NCBI GenBank assembly: GCA_903951425.1
Contig: CAJBBX010000127.1
Location: 6,452-70,451, forward strand
Direction of reading: 5' to 3'
Source of the DNA: an uncultured Chthonomonas sp.
Lineage (GTDB): Bacteria; Armatimonadota; Chthonomonadetes; Chthonomonadales; CAJBBX01
DNA length: 64,000 nucleotides
Shown: in pieces, positions 1 to 11,276 of the stretch
Layout of the letters: every line of letters begins with the position of its first letter
How positions within the stretch are numbered: the stretch's first letter is position 1
Translations under genes and position numbers: made by a program
The notes under the pieces: generated by a model
The model's database searches: none
Seen by the model: only the letters and a program-made list of their open reading frames with translations
Told to the model about the DNA's origin: nothing

Positions 1-156
1 CAAATGCCGCAGGGGTAGACTGCTTCGCTTGGACTGCGTGAGAAGGCATCGAGGCGGATACGGGGCACAGCGGTCGCATGGGCCGTAGCCTTGTATCCGC
101 ATTATTATGAGATAGGTTGGCCGCTTCCTAGCCGGACGACCACCGGGGTGAGACAT

Positions 157-1509
157 ATGAAGGTCACCAGAGAGCAGTTGGATCCGTGTACCGTTAAGCT
201 GAACATCGAGGCCGACGCCGCAGAGGTGAACGGCGCCTTTGATCGCGCATTCCGCCGCCTGGCGGAGCAGACGCGCGTTCCCGGCTTCCGCCCGGGCAAG
301 GCTCCCCGCGCTGTGGTCGCCCAGTATGTGGATCAGGATGACGTCCGGCGGGCCGCGCGACAGTCGCTGGCGCAGAAGTGCATCCGAGAGGCGCTCAAGA
401 TCGAGCAGATCCAACCCTATGTCTCTCCGGAAGCCAACATTCCCGAACTCACCGAGGATGAGCCTGCGACGTTCGAGGCCATCGTGGCGCTGGCGCCCGT
501 TGTCGAGTTGGGCGATCTGGAGGGCCTCTCGGTCTACAAGCCTATGGTCGAGGTGACCGACGCCGAGGTCGATGGTGGGGTTGAGCGCGTGCGCTCCGAG
601 TACAGCCGGTTGGTGCCCGTGACCGACCGCGCCGTAGAGGCCACCGATGTGCTCACCGGCGACCTGGGCATCACCGTCGAGGGCGACGAAGAGCCCGCGC
701 AGCCGCGCCGTTCACTCGTCCGCATGGGCAAGACGCTCCCCGGACTGGACGACGCTCTACTGGGACAGGCCATCGGCGAGGAGCGCCGCTTCACGCTCCG
801 CTTCCCCGATGACTACCACGAGGAGGAGCGCGCGGGCAAGAACGCCGACTTCGTCTTCGTGCTGGACAAGATCAACGAGCCCGTGCTGCCGGAAGTCACC
901 GATGAGTGGGTCGCCACCGTCAGCCCCTTCCAGAACGTGGCCGACTGGCGCGAGGGGGTCCGCGCCGACCTGATGCGGCAGGCCGCCGAGTTCAGCGAGG
1001 ACATGTGCCAGCGCCGCGCCATCGAAGCGGTGATGGCCCGCTCGACGATCGAAGTGTCCAGCCTGCTCGTGCAGGACGAGGCGTATCACGATATGGCCCG
1101 CCTGCATCAGGCGCTGGAGCGCTCCGGCCAGACCTACGAGGCCTATCTGGAGCGCACCGGGCAGACCGAGGAGCAGCACTGGGCTCAGATGCAGGGCGTG
1201 GCTTACAACCGCATGCGGACGCGGCTCATGTTCCGGGCGCTGGCCACCAAGCTGGAACTGACCGTATCCGACGAGGAGATCAGCGGCGAACTGGCCGAAG
1301 CCCTCGCCAGCGCCGAACTGGACGACAAGACGGCGCGGCGCCTGAGCAAGAGCCAAGAGCAGCGCCGCCGCATCGGCGACGCCGTGGCGCAGCGCAAGCT
1401 GCACGAAGCCCTCTTCCGGGTTGTGGCCGTCACCGAGGTGCCCGCCGCCGAAGATCCGACCTACAACGCGCTTGCGGCGGCGGACGCTCCCGCAGCGCCG
1501 GAGGCGTAA
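157..1509 (+). CDS. tig: trigger factor
   Basis: ORF 91..1509. The internal ATG at 157 gives [24 protein letters not shown]...[10 protein letters not shown], the ribosome-binding GFRxGxxP signature of trigger factor. It heads the conserved tig-clpP-clpX-lon order. Confidence 0.93.
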   Translation: MKVTREQLDPCTVKLNIEADAAEVNGAFDRAFRRLAEQTRVPGFRPGKAPRAVVAQYVDQDDVRRAARQSLAQKCIREALKIEQIQPYVSPEANIPELTEDEPATFEAIVALAPVVELGDLEGLSVYKPMVEVTDAEVDGGVERVRSEYSRLVPVTDRAVEATDVLTGDLGITVEGDEEPAQPRRSLVRMGKTLPGLDDALLGQAIGEERRFTLRFPDDYHEEERAGKNADFVFVLDKINEPVLPEVTDEWVATVSPFQNVADWREGVRADLMRQAAEFSEDMCQRRAIEAVMARSTIEVSSLLVQDEAYHDMARLHQALERSGQTYEAYLERTGQTEEQHWAQMQGVAYNRMRTRLMFRALATKLELTVSDEEISGELAEALASAELDDKTARRLSKSQEQRRRIGDAVAQRKLHEALFRVVAVTEVPAAEDPTYNALAAADAPAAPEA

Positions 1510-1510
1510 C

Positions 1511-2134
1511 ATGGTCCATGAGATTGCCTCGGCCGGAGCGCCCATCCGCTCCGTCATCCCCATGGTGGTCGAGCAGAGCGCCCGCGGCGAACGTGCGTAC
1601 GACCTCTACTCCCGGCTCCTGAAGGATCGCGTCATCTTCCTGGGCGACGCGCTCGACGACCACCTGGCCAACCTGATCATCGCCGAGCTGCTCTTCCTGG
1701 AGCGGGACGACCCCGACGGCGACATTGACGTTTACATCAACAGCCCCGGCGGCAGCGTATCGGCGGGCCTGGCGATCTACGATACGATGCAGATCGTCAA
1801 GTGCCAGATCGCCACGATCTGCGTGGGCATGGCCGCGAGCATGTCGGCCATCCTCCTTGCGGGCGGCACTCCCGGCAAGCGCTACGCCCTGCCACACTCC
1901 CGCGTCATGCTGCATCAGGTCAGCGGCGGGTACGAGGGCACGGTGACCGATGCGCGCATCCGCCTCGAAGAGATGAACAAGGCGCACGATACTCTCATGA
2001 GCATCCTGGCGACCCACACGGGGCACGACAAGGAAAAGCTCCGGACCGACTGCGACCGCGACTACTGGATGTCCGCCCAGGAAGCGCTGGAGTACGGTAT
2101 TGTCGACCACGTCATGGAGAAGGGCTCCCGGTAG
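1511..2134 (+). CDS. clpP: ATP-dependent Clp protease proteolytic subunit
   Basis: ORF 1421..2134. The ATG at 1511 lies 1 nt after the tig stop. [30 protein letters not shown], the catalytic Ser context GMAASMSA and MLHQ all match ClpP. Confidence 0.95.
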   Translation: MVHEIASAGAPIRSVIPMVVEQSARGERAYDLYSRLLKDRVIFLGDALDDHLANLIIAELLFLERDDPDGDIDVYINSPGGSVSAGLAIYDTMQIVKCQIATICVGMAASMSAILLAGGTPGKRYALPHSRVMLHQVSGGYEGTVTDARIRLEEMNKAHDTLMSILATHTGHDKEKLRTDCDRDYWMSAQEALEYGIVDHVMEKGSR

Positions 2135-2167
2135 CCGTCTCCGGTTCCGCCAAGGAGCTTCGCCTCA

Positions 2168-3430
2168 TTGAAGAGTTCAGAAGTCAACGATAAGCGCTGC
2201 GTCCTCTGTGGGAAGCGCCGCGAGCAGGTCCGGCTCATCGTCGGGTTGCTCGGGGGGGTCTGCCTCGACTGCGTCGCCATGTGCGACCGGATCATACGAG
2301 GCGAAGAGACACCCGGCGAAGTCGCGCCACCGGTTGCCGGCGTACCGAAGCCCAAGGACATCCACAAGGTTCTGGACCAGTACGTGATCGGGCAGGAGCG
2401 CGCAAAACGCGTCCTGGCTGTGGCAGTCTACAACCACTTCAAGCGCATCGCCGCGCCAAAGAGCGAGGTGGAGCTGCAGAAGTCCAACATCCTCCTCATC
2501 GGGCCCACGGGCTGCGGCAAGACGTTACTGGCTCAGACCCTCGCGCGGATTCTGCGTGTGCCGTTCGCCATCGCCGACGCCACCTCGCTGACCGAGGCCG
2601 GTTACGTCGGCGAGGACGTGGAGAACATCCTGCTCAAGCTGCTGCAAGCCGCCGACACAGGCTCGAGCTTGCAGGACACGGTCCGCGCGGCGCAGCAGGG
2701 CATCATCTACATCGATGAAATCGACAAAATCTCACGCAAGGCCGATAATCCGTCGATCACCCGCGACGTCTCGGGCGAGGGCGTCCAGCAGGCCCTGCTG
2801 AAGATCATCGAGGGTGCGGTCGTCAACGTCCCGCCGCAGGGCGGCCGCAAGCACCCGCAGCAGGAGTACGTACAGCTCGACACCAGCAACGTGCTCTTCA
2901 TCTGCGGCGGCGCCTTCGAGGGCCTTGACCAGATCATCTCCCGACGCTTGAGCCATCGGGGCATGGGCTTCAGGGCGAAGCTGGAGAGCAAAGACCGCAA
3001 GCCGGCGGAGATCGGCGAGGCGCTGGCTCAGGTCATGCCCGAAGACCTGTTGAAGTACGGCCTGATCCCGGAGTTTATCGGCCGGATGCCCGTGGTCTCC
3101 ACGCTGGACCCGCTCGACGAGGGCGACCTGGTGCGCATCCTCACCGAGCCCAAGAACGCACTCACCAAGCAGTTCTCTCGCTTCTTCGAGATGGACAACG
3201 TCCACCTGATCTTCGAGCCCGATGCGCTCACCGCAATCGCGGCCGAGGCCATGAAGCGCAGCACTGGCGCACGCGCCCTGCGGACCATCATCGAAGAGAC
3301 GATGACGAACGTGATGTACGAGATCCCATCTCTTCAGAACGTGCACCAATGCACTGTGACCCGCGGCACCGTCGTGGACCGCGAGGAGCCGCGCATTGAG
3401 TACTCGGACGATGTACGGCAGGCCTCCTGA
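2168..3430 (+). CDS. clpX: Clp protease ATP-binding subunit ClpX
   Basis: TTG start with AGGAG about 10 nt upstream. N-terminal C4 zinc ribbon (CVLCGK...CLDC), Walker A GPTGCGKT and Walker [10 protein letters not shown]. Confidence 0.95.
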   Translation: MKSSEVNDKRCVLCGKRREQVRLIVGLLGGVCLDCVAMCDRIIRGEETPGEVAPPVAGVPKPKDIHKVLDQYVIGQERAKRVLAVAVYNHFKRIAAPKSEVELQKSNILLIGPTGCGKTLLAQTLARILRVPFAIADATSLTEAGYVGEDVENILLKLLQAADTGSSLQDTVRAAQQGIIYIDEIDKISRKADNPSITRDVSGEGVQQALLKIIEGAVVNVPPQGGRKHPQQEYVQLDTSNVLFICGGAFEGLDQIISRRLSHRGMGFRAKLESKDRKPAEIGEALAQVMPEDLLKYGLIPEFIGRMPVVSTLDPLDEGDLVRILTEPKNALTKQFSRFFEMDNVHLIFEPDALTAIAAEAMKRSTGARALRTIIEETMTNVMYEIPSLQNVHQCTVTRGTVVDREEPRIEYSDDVRQAS

Positions 3431-3483
3431 GCCGGCCGGACGCCTCCTGCTGAAGACGGCCGCCCCATAGGAGGCTCATCGCC

Positions 3484-5892
3484 ATGTCCGACCCCGCGTC
3501 GCCGACCCCGAAGCCCGCACGAAAACCTCGGGCGCGCCGTGCCTCCTCGACCCGCCTGAAGCGCGACGAGGCAGTCCTGCCCCTGGTGCCCATTCGCGAT
3601 CAGGTCTACTTCCCGCAGGGCGTCTTCTCCATCCTTGTCGGACGCGAGCGCTCCGTGCGAGCCGTCGAGGCGGCGATGGATGCGGACCGCCGACTTGTCC
3701 TGCTCGCTCAACGCGACCTCTCTGTCGAAGACCCGATGCCCGAAGACCTCTTCGCCATAGGCATCACCGCCTCCGTGATGCAGGTGCTTCGAGTTCCGGA
3801 CGGAACCCTGCGCGTTGTGCTGGAGGGCGTGGACCGCGTCAACGTCCTGAGCGTCGATGACGGGATCACTGATTACACGCTGGCCATCGTGACCCAGGCG
3901 TACGAGCCGCCAACCTCGGGAACCGAGACGGAAGCCTGTATGCGTCTCGTTAAGGCGCAGTTCGAGACGCTGGTGCACGCGAGCCACCAGATCGCGCCCG
4001 AGGCCCTGCTGGCGGTCATGAACAGCACCGTAGCCGGCGAAGTGGCTGATACCATCGTCCCCTACCTTCGGCACACCGACATCGCCGTGCGCCAGGAGCT
4101 TCTGGAGACGTTGAGCCCCGACGAGCGCTTGCAGAAGCTGGCGGCCGTGCTTGCCCGCGAGACCGAAGTCGCCGAGCTACAGCGCGTCATCCGTGAGCGG
4201 GTCGAGCAGACCATGGGCGACAACCAGCGCGAGGTGATCCTCCGCGAGCAGCTCCGCGCGATCACCTCGGAGCTGGGTGAGGTCGATGACCATGCCGCCG
4301 AGATGGCGGAGTACAGCGAGAAGATCGCCAACGCGGGGCTACAGGGCGTTGCGCTCGAACGAGCCGAGAAGGAGTTGCAGCGCCTCTCGCGGATGCCCGG
4401 CCCCGTGCCCGAAGCGGCGATCATCAGGAACTACCTCGACTGGCTGGTTGGCCTGCCCTGGACGACGCGGACCGAGGACCAGATCAACCTCGTCGAAGCC
4501 GAGGGCGTGCTGGACGAGGACCACTACGGCCTCTCGAAGCCCAAGGAGCGCATCGTCGAGTTCCTTGCCGTGCGCCGGCTTGCCGGAGACGCCATGCGCG
4601 GACCCATCCTGTGCTTCGTGGGTCCTCCCGGCGTGGGGAAGACCTCCATCGGCAAGTCCATCGCCCGTGCGCTCGGACGCAAGTTCGTGCGCATCTCGCT
4701 GGGCGGCGTGCGCGACGAGGCGGAGATCCGCGGGCATCGGCGGACCTACATCGGCGCCATGCCCGGACGGATCCTGCAGGGCATCAAGCAGGCAGGGACG
4801 CGCAACCCCGTGTTCATGCTGGATGAGATCGACAAGCTGGGCATGGACTTCCGCGGCGATCCCTCCTCGGCGCTGCTTGAGGCGCTGGATCCCGAGCAGA
4901 ACGGGGAGTTTAGCGACCATTACCTGGAGGTCCCCTTCAGCCTTCGCGACGTCATGTTCATCACCACCGCGAACTTGCTGGATCCCATCCCGGCGGCGCT
5001 GCGGGATCGAATGGAAGTGATCTCCTTCACCGGCTACACAGAGCAGGAGAAGCTGGCCATCGCCCGCGACTTCCTCGCCCCCAAGCAGCGCCGCGAGAAC
5101 GGCCTGAAGCCCACGAAGCCCGTCATCACCGACGATGCGCTGCTGCAGATCATCCGCGAGTACACCCGGGAGGCAGGCGTCCGCGGCCTCGAGCGCGAGA
5201 TCGGCTCCGTATGCCGCAAGGTGGCGCGCAAGGTCGCCGAAGGGAGCCGCGCACGCCTGCGCGTAGAGCCTGACGGTCTGTCGGCCATGCTGGGCAAGCC
5301 GAAGTTCCGGTACGGCGCCCTGGAGTCCGCGGATGAGGTCGGCGCGGCCACCGGCCTGGTCTGGACCGAGTTCGGCGGCGACACCATCACCATCGAAGTG
5401 ACCGTGCTGCCGGCCAAGGACGGCCGCCTGACGCTCACCGGCCAACTCGGCGACGTGATGCGTGAGTCAGCCCAGGCGGCGCTCACCTACGTCAGGTCAC
5501 GCTCGGCGGAACTGGCGCTCCCGGTAGACCTTGACCGCACCCGGGAGATTCACGTCCACGTGCCCGCCGGCGCCACGCCGAAGGACGGCCCGTCCGCCGG
5601 CGTGGCCATTGCCGTAGCCATCGCCAGTGCGCTGACGGGCAGGCCGCTACGGCGCGACATCGCCATGACCGGCGAGATCACCCTGCGCGGCAAGGTACTG
5701 CCCGTGGGCGGCATCAAGGAGAAGGTGCTGGGCGCCCACCGGGCCGGCATCAAGATCGTCGCGCTACCGCAGGAGAACCGGCGCGACCTCGACGACGTGC
5801 CCGCCGAGATCCGCGCCGAGATGAGCTTCGAGTTCGTGGAGGATGCGTGGCAGGCCATGTCACTCGTGCTCAGGCCTGCCGCGTCTCCCTAG
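3484..5892 (+). CDS. lon: Lon protease (LonA type), copy 1
   Basis: GGAGG lies 9 nt before the ATG. Lon N-domain, Walker [10 protein letters not shown] and S16 protease motif PKDGPSAG. It has a basic, Pro-rich 30-aa N-terminal tail. Confidence 0.95.
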   Translation: MSDPASPTPKPARKPRARRASSTRLKRDEAVLPLVPIRDQVYFPQGVFSILVGRERSVRAVEAAMDADRRLVLLAQRDLSVEDPMPEDLFAIGITASVMQVLRVPDGTLRVVLEGVDRVNVLSVDDGITDYTLAIVTQAYEPPTSGTETEACMRLVKAQFETLVHASHQIAPEALLAVMNSTVAGEVADTIVPYLRHTDIAVRQELLETLSPDERLQKLAAVLARETEVAELQRVIRERVEQTMGDNQREVILREQLRAITSELGEVDDHAAEMAEYSEKIANAGLQGVALERAEKELQRLSRMPGPVPEAAIIRNYLDWLVGLPWTTRTEDQINLVEAEGVLDEDHYGLSKPKERIVEFLAVRRLAGDAMRGPILCFVGPPGVGKTSIGKSIARALGRKFVRISLGGVRDEAEIRGHRRTYIGAMPGRILQGIKQAGTRNPVFMLDEIDKLGMDFRGDPSSALLEALDPEQNGEFSDHYLEVPFSLRDVMFITTANLLDPIPAALRDRMEVISFTGYTEQEKLAIARDFLAPKQRRENGLKPTKPVITDDALLQIIREYTREAGVRGLEREIGSVCRKVARKVAEGSRARLRVEPDGLSAMLGKPKFRYGALESADEVGAATGLVWTEFGGDTITIEVTVLPAKDGRLTLTGQLGDVMRESAQAALTYVRSRSAELALPVDLDRTREIHVHVPAGATPKDGPSAGVAIAVAIASALTGRPLRRDIAMTGEITLRGKVLPVGGIKEKVLGAHRAGIKIVALPQENRRDLDDVPAEIRAEMSFEFVEDAWQAMSLVLRPAASP

Positions 5893-7373
5893 CCGCCTCT
5901 GCGGCCCGCCAGAGCCCGCTGGTAGAGGTCCACGTAGTCAGACGCCGAACGCTGCCATGAGAAGTCGGCGTCCATGGCCTCGCGGACCAGGCGAGCCCAA
6001 CCGGGCTTGTCCGCATAGGCGGCGCAGGCGCGGCTGACGGCATCGGCCAGGTGGGTGGGATCGCGGGGCCAGAAGACGAAGCCCGGACCCGAGCCGGGCC
6101 GGAGTTCGCCTTCGGCAACGGTGTCGCGGAGGCCGCCCGTGGCACGGACAATGGGCAGTGTGCCGTAGCGCATGGCAATGAGCTGCCCAAGACCGCAGGG
6201 CTCGAAGTGCGACGGCATCATGAACAGGTCGGACCCTGCATACACCCGCTGCCCAAACGCCGCATCATAGGCGAGGCGAACGTTCACGCGGCCGGGGTAT
6301 CGCGCGGCGAGCTCGTACGCGAACAGCCGCTCGTAGTGTGGGTGGCCCTGGCCAAGGAGCGCGAACTGCACGGGCTCCGCCATGATGCGGTCGAACGCAG
6401 CCGCCAGCAGGTCGAACCCCTTCTGGTCGGCGATGCGCGTCACCATGCCGATGAGGCAGGCCTTCGGATCGATGCGCAGTCCGCACTCACGCTGCAGTTC
6501 GGCCTTGCAGATGGCCTTGCCGGACGGCTCCGCGGCGCAAAAGTTGGCCGGCAGCGCCGGATCGGTGGCGGGATCGAAGGCGCCCACGTCGATACCATTC
6601 ACGATCCCACCGAAGCGGCCGGACGCTGCCAGATGCCTGTAGAGTCCCTCGAGACCGAAGCCAAACTCGGCGGTCTGCACCTCGGCCGCATACGTCGGGC
6701 TCACGGTGTTGCACTGGTCGCACAGCGCCGAGCCCGCCTTCAGGAAGTTCAGCCGATCGTAGTGCGAGGCGTACTCGGGACCGAACAGCCAGCCCGGAAG
6801 CCCTGCATGGTCCAGCACCTCCCGGCCGAACTCGCCCTGGTGCGCCACGTTATGGATCGTGTAGACACTGGCACAGCGCGCCCAGGGCCTAGCATCGGCG
6901 TGGGTCGAGCGCAGGTAGGCGGGCCCGAGGCCGGTGTGCCAGTCGTTGCAGTGCAAGATGTCCGGTTGCCAGTCGGGCTCCACCTTGGGCACGGCGTCCA
7001 ACAGGGCGCGCGTGAAGACGATGTAGGGGTAGGCTCCGTCGGCATAGAGGCTGGCGCTGTCCACGGAGCCTCGGAAGTAGCCGCTCGAGTGGACAAGGTA
7101 GAGGGGAAATCCGGCGTCCGGCGCGACCCGGTAGAGCCGCAGCCACTCAGTCCATTGCGAGTGCATTTGCACAGGGAACCAGTCAGCTACCAGGCGCATC
7201 TCCACGTTTGGGTTCCGCTCAACGAACGGGTAGGAGGGCATGAAGACGCGCACGTCGTGCCCCAGGCTGATCAGGGCCTTGGGCAGGGCGCCGGCGACGT
7301 CAGCCAGGCCGCCAACCTTGGCTAGAGGAGCCACCTCGGCGGAGCATAACGCGATCTTGAGCGGCGTAGGCAC
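5889..7373 (-). CDS. glgA: glycogen (starch) synthase, GT5
   Basis: ORF 5889..7511. KIALCSAEVAPLAKVGGLADVAGALPKAL is the KxGGL motif. I place the start at the GTG at 7373 (V47 of the ORF) because GGAGG sits 7 nt upstream. The stop overlaps the lon stop in a CTAG. Confidence 0.9.
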   Translation of the reverse strand: MPTPLKIALCSAEVAPLAKVGGLADVAGALPKALISLGHDVRVFMPSYPFVERNPNVEMRLVADWFPVQMHSQWTEWLRLYRVAPDAGFPLYLVHSSGYFRGSVDSASLYADGAYPYIVFTRALLDAVPKVEPDWQPDILHCNDWHTGLGPAYLRSTHADARPWARCASVYTIHNVAHQGEFGREVLDHAGLPGWLFGPEYASHYDRLNFLKAGSALCDQCNTVSPTYAAEVQTAEFGFGLEGLYRHLAASGRFGGIVNGIDVGAFDPATDPALPANFCAAEPSGKAICKAELQRECGLRIDPKACLIGMVTRIADQKGFDLLAAAFDRIMAEPVQFALLGQGHPHYERLFAYELAARYPGRVNVRLAYDAAFGQRVYAGSDLFMMPSHFEPCGLGQLIAMRYGTLPIVRATGGLRDTVAEGELRPGSGPGFVFWPRDPTHLADAVSRACAAYADKPGWARLVREAMDADFSWQRSASDYVDLYQRALAGRRGG

Positions 7374-7502
7374 AGGCAGACCTCCGTGGATGGGGGGGAC
7401 AGGGTGCCGAGTGTATACCACACCCGGGGCCTCGGTGCGGTAGGTCCGGCCAGGCCCAAGGCTCGGCCAAGGTACAATCAGACCCGGGAGGAGGAGTAGG
7501 CA

Positions 7503-7859
7503 ATGCGCCATTGGATGGTTCGCTACGTTTGCAGCGTATTGGCCCTCTGGGTCGTCTGCTCCGTGGGTATCGGCGTCTCGGCGCGTCCTGCCACAACGCT
7601 CCTCATGGCCGCGCTGGTGATCGGCCTCGCCAACAGCTTCGTCCGACCGATCCTGAAGCTGCTCACCGCCCCCCTCAACTGCATGACGTTCGGCCTATTC
7701 GGCTTCGCGCTCAATGCGTTCCTTTTCTTCGTGGTCCAGTTCGTCGTTCCGGGCTTCAAGGTTGAGAGCGCCGTTGCGGCGCTCTTCGGCTCACTGGCCA
7801 TGGGCGCACTCAGTTCGCTGCTGAACTCGCTGTTGTCGGACAAGCCGCGGGCCGCATGA
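7503..7859 (+). CDS. small 4-TM membrane protein (DUF360 / phage-holin-family-IV-like)
   Basis: 118 aa, four hydrophobic helices, motif GLANSFVRPILKLLTAPL. GGAGGAGG lies upstream of the ATG. Family call is from memory. Confidence 0.6.
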   Translation: MRHWMVRYVCSVLALWVVCSVGIGVSARPATTLLMAALVIGLANSFVRPILKLLTAPLNCMTFGLFGFALNAFLFFVVQFVVPGFKVESAVAALFGSLAMGALSSLLNSLLSDKPRAA

Positions 7860-9172
7860 CGCAGGCTCCCGGACCCGGTCGGTGGCTCCAGCCCGGCATC
7901 CGCGTGAAACGCTGGCTCCTGCTGGTTGCGGCAGGGGCCGGCCTCCTGTTGCTGGGCCTCTCGCTGGTTCGCCAAGCGCGGCCGCTCGATCTCCTCGCCA
8001 TTGCGGGTCGAGTGTGGCAGCGGGTCGACGCGCGGTTCCCCGGACTGCTTGAGCCCGGCGGTTCAGGCCAGGTCGCCGGTTGGGCGCTGGTCTGCATCGG
8101 CGGGATTGCCTTGGCCATCGGCGCCCACAGGCTTGGTCACGCTGCAGCGGTCGCGCTGAAGCCGGGGATCGGCGCGGCCGGGCTGGCAGACTCCTTCTAC
8201 CGAACGAGGGTCCTGGCCGAGGGACCGAGGATCGTGGTCATCGGCGGCGGCACCGGGCTCTCGACCATGCTCCGCGGACTCAAGCACTACAGCTCCAACA
8301 TCACGGCAGTGGTGACGGTGACCGATGACGGCGGCAGCTCGGGCGTGCTGCAGCAGGAGCTGAGGATGCTCCCGCCAGGCGACATCCGTAACTGCCTGGT
8401 GGCCCTGGCCGACTCCGAAGGCCTCATGACCGAGTTGTTCCAGCACCGCTTCCGCGGCGGCGGTGCGGCAGCGGGGCTCCGCGAGCACGCATTCGGGAAC
8501 CTGCTCATCGCCGCCTTGGCCGAGCTGAGCGGCGGCGACTTCGAGCGCGCCGTCCAGCTCACCAGCGAGGTGCTCAACATTCGCGGGCGCGTCCTGGCAA
8601 GCACCCTGAGCCACGTACACCTCGCAGCCGAGATGGATGATGGGAGTGTGCTGGAGGGCGAAACACGCATCGTTCACGCATCGCAGCGCATCCGCCGCAT
8701 CAGCCTTGCGCCGGCGGGGGCTGCCGCGCCGGACGAGGTGGTGAGCGCGATCACGTCGGCGGACCTCATCGTTATCGGCCCCGGTTCCGTATTTACGAGC
8801 ATCATTCCGAACCTCTTGGTTGCAGGGATTCCCGAAGCGCTGCAGCGCGCACGCTGCCGGAAAGTCTACGTCTGCAACGTGATGACACAGCCCGGCGAGA
8901 CCGATGGGTTCTCCGCCTCTGACCATGTCCAGGCAATTCAGTCCCACCTGGCCAGGCCCGTTTTCGACAGCGTCTTCGTGAATGCAGGGCGGCCGACCCC
9001 GGAACTCGTCCAGAAGTATCGCCAGACCGGCTCCGTACCTGTAGAGCCCGATACCGACCGCGTACGGGCGCTCGGGTACAGACCCATCACCGGCGATTTC
9101 ATGAGCCAGACCGACGTTGTCCGACACGACAACGGCCGCCTGGCGGAGGCGCTCATGCGCCTTGTGTCCTGA
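7856..9172 (+). CDS. YvcK/CofD-family (UPF0052) protein with N-terminal transmembrane extension
   Basis: ATGA overlap with the upstream gene. IVVIGGGTGLSTMLRGLKHYSSNITAVVTVTDDGGSSG and PGDIRNCLVALAD are typical YvcK motifs. The first ~110 aa carry 2 predicted TM helices. Confidence 0.8.
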   Translation: MTQAPGPGRWLQPGIRVKRWLLLVAAGAGLLLLGLSLVRQARPLDLLAIAGRVWQRVDARFPGLLEPGGSGQVAGWALVCIGGIALAIGAHRLGHAAAVALKPGIGAAGLADSFYRTRVLAEGPRIVVIGGGTGLSTMLRGLKHYSSNITAVVTVTDDGGSSGVLQQELRMLPPGDIRNCLVALADSEGLMTELFQHRFRGGGAAAGLREHAFGNLLIAALAELSGGDFERAVQLTSEVLNIRGRVLASTLSHVHLAAEMDDGSVLEGETRIVHASQRIRRISLAPAGAAAPDEVVSAITSADLIVIGPGSVFTSIIPNLLVAGIPEALQRARCRKVYVCNVMTQPGETDGFSASDHVQAIQSHLARPVFDSVFVNAGRPTPELVQKYRQTGSVPVEPDTDRVRALGYRPITGDFMSQTDVVRHDNGRLAEALMRLVS

Positions 9173-9195
9173 CCGCTAGGAGGCCAGCAACGCAG

Positions 9196-10257
9196 ATGGA
9201 TGCAGCAACACTCAAGTTCCTGACTCGCATCGTAGACGCGCCCGGTCCGTCGGGGTATGAGCAGCCGGTCATGCGGGTCTTCCGCGACCACGTGGATCCA
9301 TTCGCCGATAGCGTAGAGACTGACGTCATGGGTAGCGTCGCCGCGTCGCGGAACCTCAGCGGCTCCCCGAGGATCATGCTCGCGGGCCACGCGGACGAGA
9401 TCGGGTTCCAGGTGCGCAACATTTCCGACACGGGCATGCTCTACTTCGGCATGATCGGCGGCCATGACAACGCCATCATCGTGGGCCAGCGCGTCAATGT
9501 TCACACGACATCCGGCCCGGTGCCCGGCGTCATCGGCCGCAAGGCGATCCACCTGCTTGAGGGCGACGAGCGCGAGAAGGCGCCGAAGGGTTCCAGCCTC
9601 TGGATCGACATCGGCGTCGGCACCAAGGAAGCCGCGGCGGCCCTCGTGAGCATCGGCGACTGCGTGACCTACGCGGAGACGATGGTCCAGATGCAGGGCA
9701 CCTGCTACGCGGCGCGGAGCTTCGACAACAAGATGGGCGCCTTCGTCGTGGCCGAGGCGCTTCGGCGGATCGACGCGGCCAAGCTGCAGGGCTGTGTCAC
9801 CGCCGTGGCCACGGTGCAGGAAGAGATCGGCCTCCGCGGGGCGAGGACCAGTGCCTATGGCATCAACCCGGACGTGGCGCTTGCCGTTGATGTCTGCCAC
9901 GCCATGGACTTCCCTGGCGCCGACAAGAACACCGTGGGCGACATCAAGCTCGGAGCAGGGCCTGTTATCGCCCGCGGCGCCAACATCAACCCGAAGGTCC
10001 ACTCGCTACTCGTACAGGTTGCCCAGGCGCGGGGCATTCCCTACCAGGTGAAAGCCGTTCCGGGCGGGACCGGAACCGACGCCAACGCCATCCAGGTGAA
10101 CCGGGCCGGCGTTGCTACGGGCCTCGTATCGGCGCCGGTGCGCTACATGCATACGCCGGGTGAGGTGATGGACATCGCGGATATCGACGCCGCCGCCAAC
10201 CTCGTGGCCGCGTTCTGCGAGGCCGTGACAGCGGATGTTGACTGGCGTCCCCTCTGA
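9196..10257 (+). CDS. M42 family metallopeptidase (FrvX / glutamyl aminopeptidase-like)
   Basis: AGGAGG upstream. APGPSGYEQPV, GHADEIGFQV and the overall length match the M42 family. Confidence 0.85.
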   Translation: MDAATLKFLTRIVDAPGPSGYEQPVMRVFRDHVDPFADSVETDVMGSVAASRNLSGSPRIMLAGHADEIGFQVRNISDTGMLYFGMIGGHDNAIIVGQRVNVHTTSGPVPGVIGRKAIHLLEGDEREKAPKGSSLWIDIGVGTKEAAAALVSIGDCVTYAETMVQMQGTCYAARSFDNKMGAFVVAEALRRIDAAKLQGCVTAVATVQEEIGLRGARTSAYGINPDVALAVDVCHAMDFPGADKNTVGDIKLGAGPVIARGANINPKVHSLLVQVAQARGIPYQVKAVPGGTGTDANAIQVNRAGVATGLVSAPVRYMHTPGEVMDIADIDAAANLVAAFCEAVTADVDWRPL

Positions 10258-10274
10258 ACAGCGGGAGCCCCGAC

Positions 10275-11276
10275 GTGCCCTGCCAGATATCACTAGAGAA
10301 GCTGAGCAAGACCTACCGCGTCACCGAGAGGGCAGCCGGTGCGGCCGCGGCCTTTCGCAGCCTGTACCACCGCACCTACAAGGAAGTCCATGCAGTTCGC
10401 GACATCTCGTTCACGCTGGACGAGGGCGAGGTCGTGGGCTTCCTTGGTCCCAACGGCGCAGGCAAGACCACCACGCTGAAGATGCTCGCCGGCCTGCTGC
10501 ACCCATCGGCAGGCACGGCACAGGTACTGGGGCACACGCCATGGCGGCGTGAACACGCCTACCTTCGGCAGATCAGCCTCGTCATGGGCAACCGGAACCA
10601 GCTACTCTGGGACATCCCGGCCATGGACTCGTTCCTGGTGAATCAGGCTGTGTACCGCATCCCGGAGGCCGAGTTCCGCAGTACGGTAGATGAGCTGGTC
10701 GAATTGCTCGACCTGAGCGAACTGCTCCGAAAGCCCGTGCGGAACCTCTCGCTGGGCGAGAGGATGAAGTGCGAACTAGCTGCCTCACTCCTCCATCGCC
10801 CCCGTGTGCTCTTCCTCGACGAGCCCACCCTGGGCGTGGACCTGACCATGCAGGGCCGCATCCGTGCATTCGTCGCCGAGCACAACCGGCGCACCGGCGC
10901 CACCGTGCTGCTCACAAGCCACTATATGGCTGACGTGACGGCGCTCTGTAAGCGGGTCATTGTGATCCACCACGGCACGATGCTGTTCGACGGCGGCCTG
11001 GACGACCTCGCGCAGCGCATCGCACCCTACAAGCTCGTCAAGATCGATGTGGAGAGCCCAGAGGCCGCGGCCCGAGCGGCGGCATTCGGCAACGTCGTCG
11101 AGGTGGATGGCGTCCGGATCACGCTACAGACGCCCAAGGCCGAGGCGGCAGCCACGGTGGGTCGGCTGCTGGCGGAGTTGCCGGTGGTAGACCTGACCGT
11201 CGAGGATCCGCCCATCGAGCAGGTGATCGGCCAGGTCTTCGCCGCTGAGGCCGGCGAGACGCCCCAGGCATGCTGA
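10275..11276 (+). CDS. ABC transporter ATP-binding protein (ABC-2 exporter type)
   Basis: GTG start. Walker A GPNGAGKTT, signature LSLGERMK and Walker B VLFLDEPT. Confidence 0.9.
   Translation: MPCQISLEKLSKTYRVTERAAGAAAAFRSLYHRTYKEVHAVRDISFTLDEGEVVGFLGPNGAGKTTTLKMLAGLLHPSAGTAQVLGHTPWRREHAYLRQISLVMGNRNQLLWDIPAMDSFLVNQAVYRIPEAEFRSTVDELVELLDLSELLRKPVRNLSLGERMKCELAASLLHRPRVLFLDEPTLGVDLTMQGRIRAFVAEHNRRTGATVLLTSHYMADVTALCKRVIVIHHGTMLFDGGLDDLAQRIAPYKLVKIDVESPEAAARAAAFGNVVEVDGVRITLQTPKAEAAATVGRLLAELPVVDLTVEDPPIEQVIGQVFAAEAGETPQAC

Noticed and set aside
1-156. AT-richer patch (TTGTAT...TATTATGAGATA) upstream of tig as a promoter.
   Set aside because: No -35/-10 pair with 16-19 nt spacing could be aligned. 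The region is left unannotated.
757-1563. Long antisense or out-of-frame ORFs throughout the track. Examples are 757..1563, 4339..5445, 6051..7325, 8063..9127, 8938..10002, 26314..27651, 50732..52618 and 54894..56120.
   Set aside because: They lie opposite or out of frame with genes that have unmistakable family motifs. Their translations are Arg/Ala/Gly/Pro-rich low-information strings, as expected from stop-codon depletion in GC-rich DNA.
7503-7859. A holin-family gene as a sign of a prophage or lysis cassette.
   Set aside because: No endolysin, terminase, capsid, integrase or other phage gene lies nearby. DUF360-type proteins are common chromosomal membrane proteins, and this one is coupled to yvcK.
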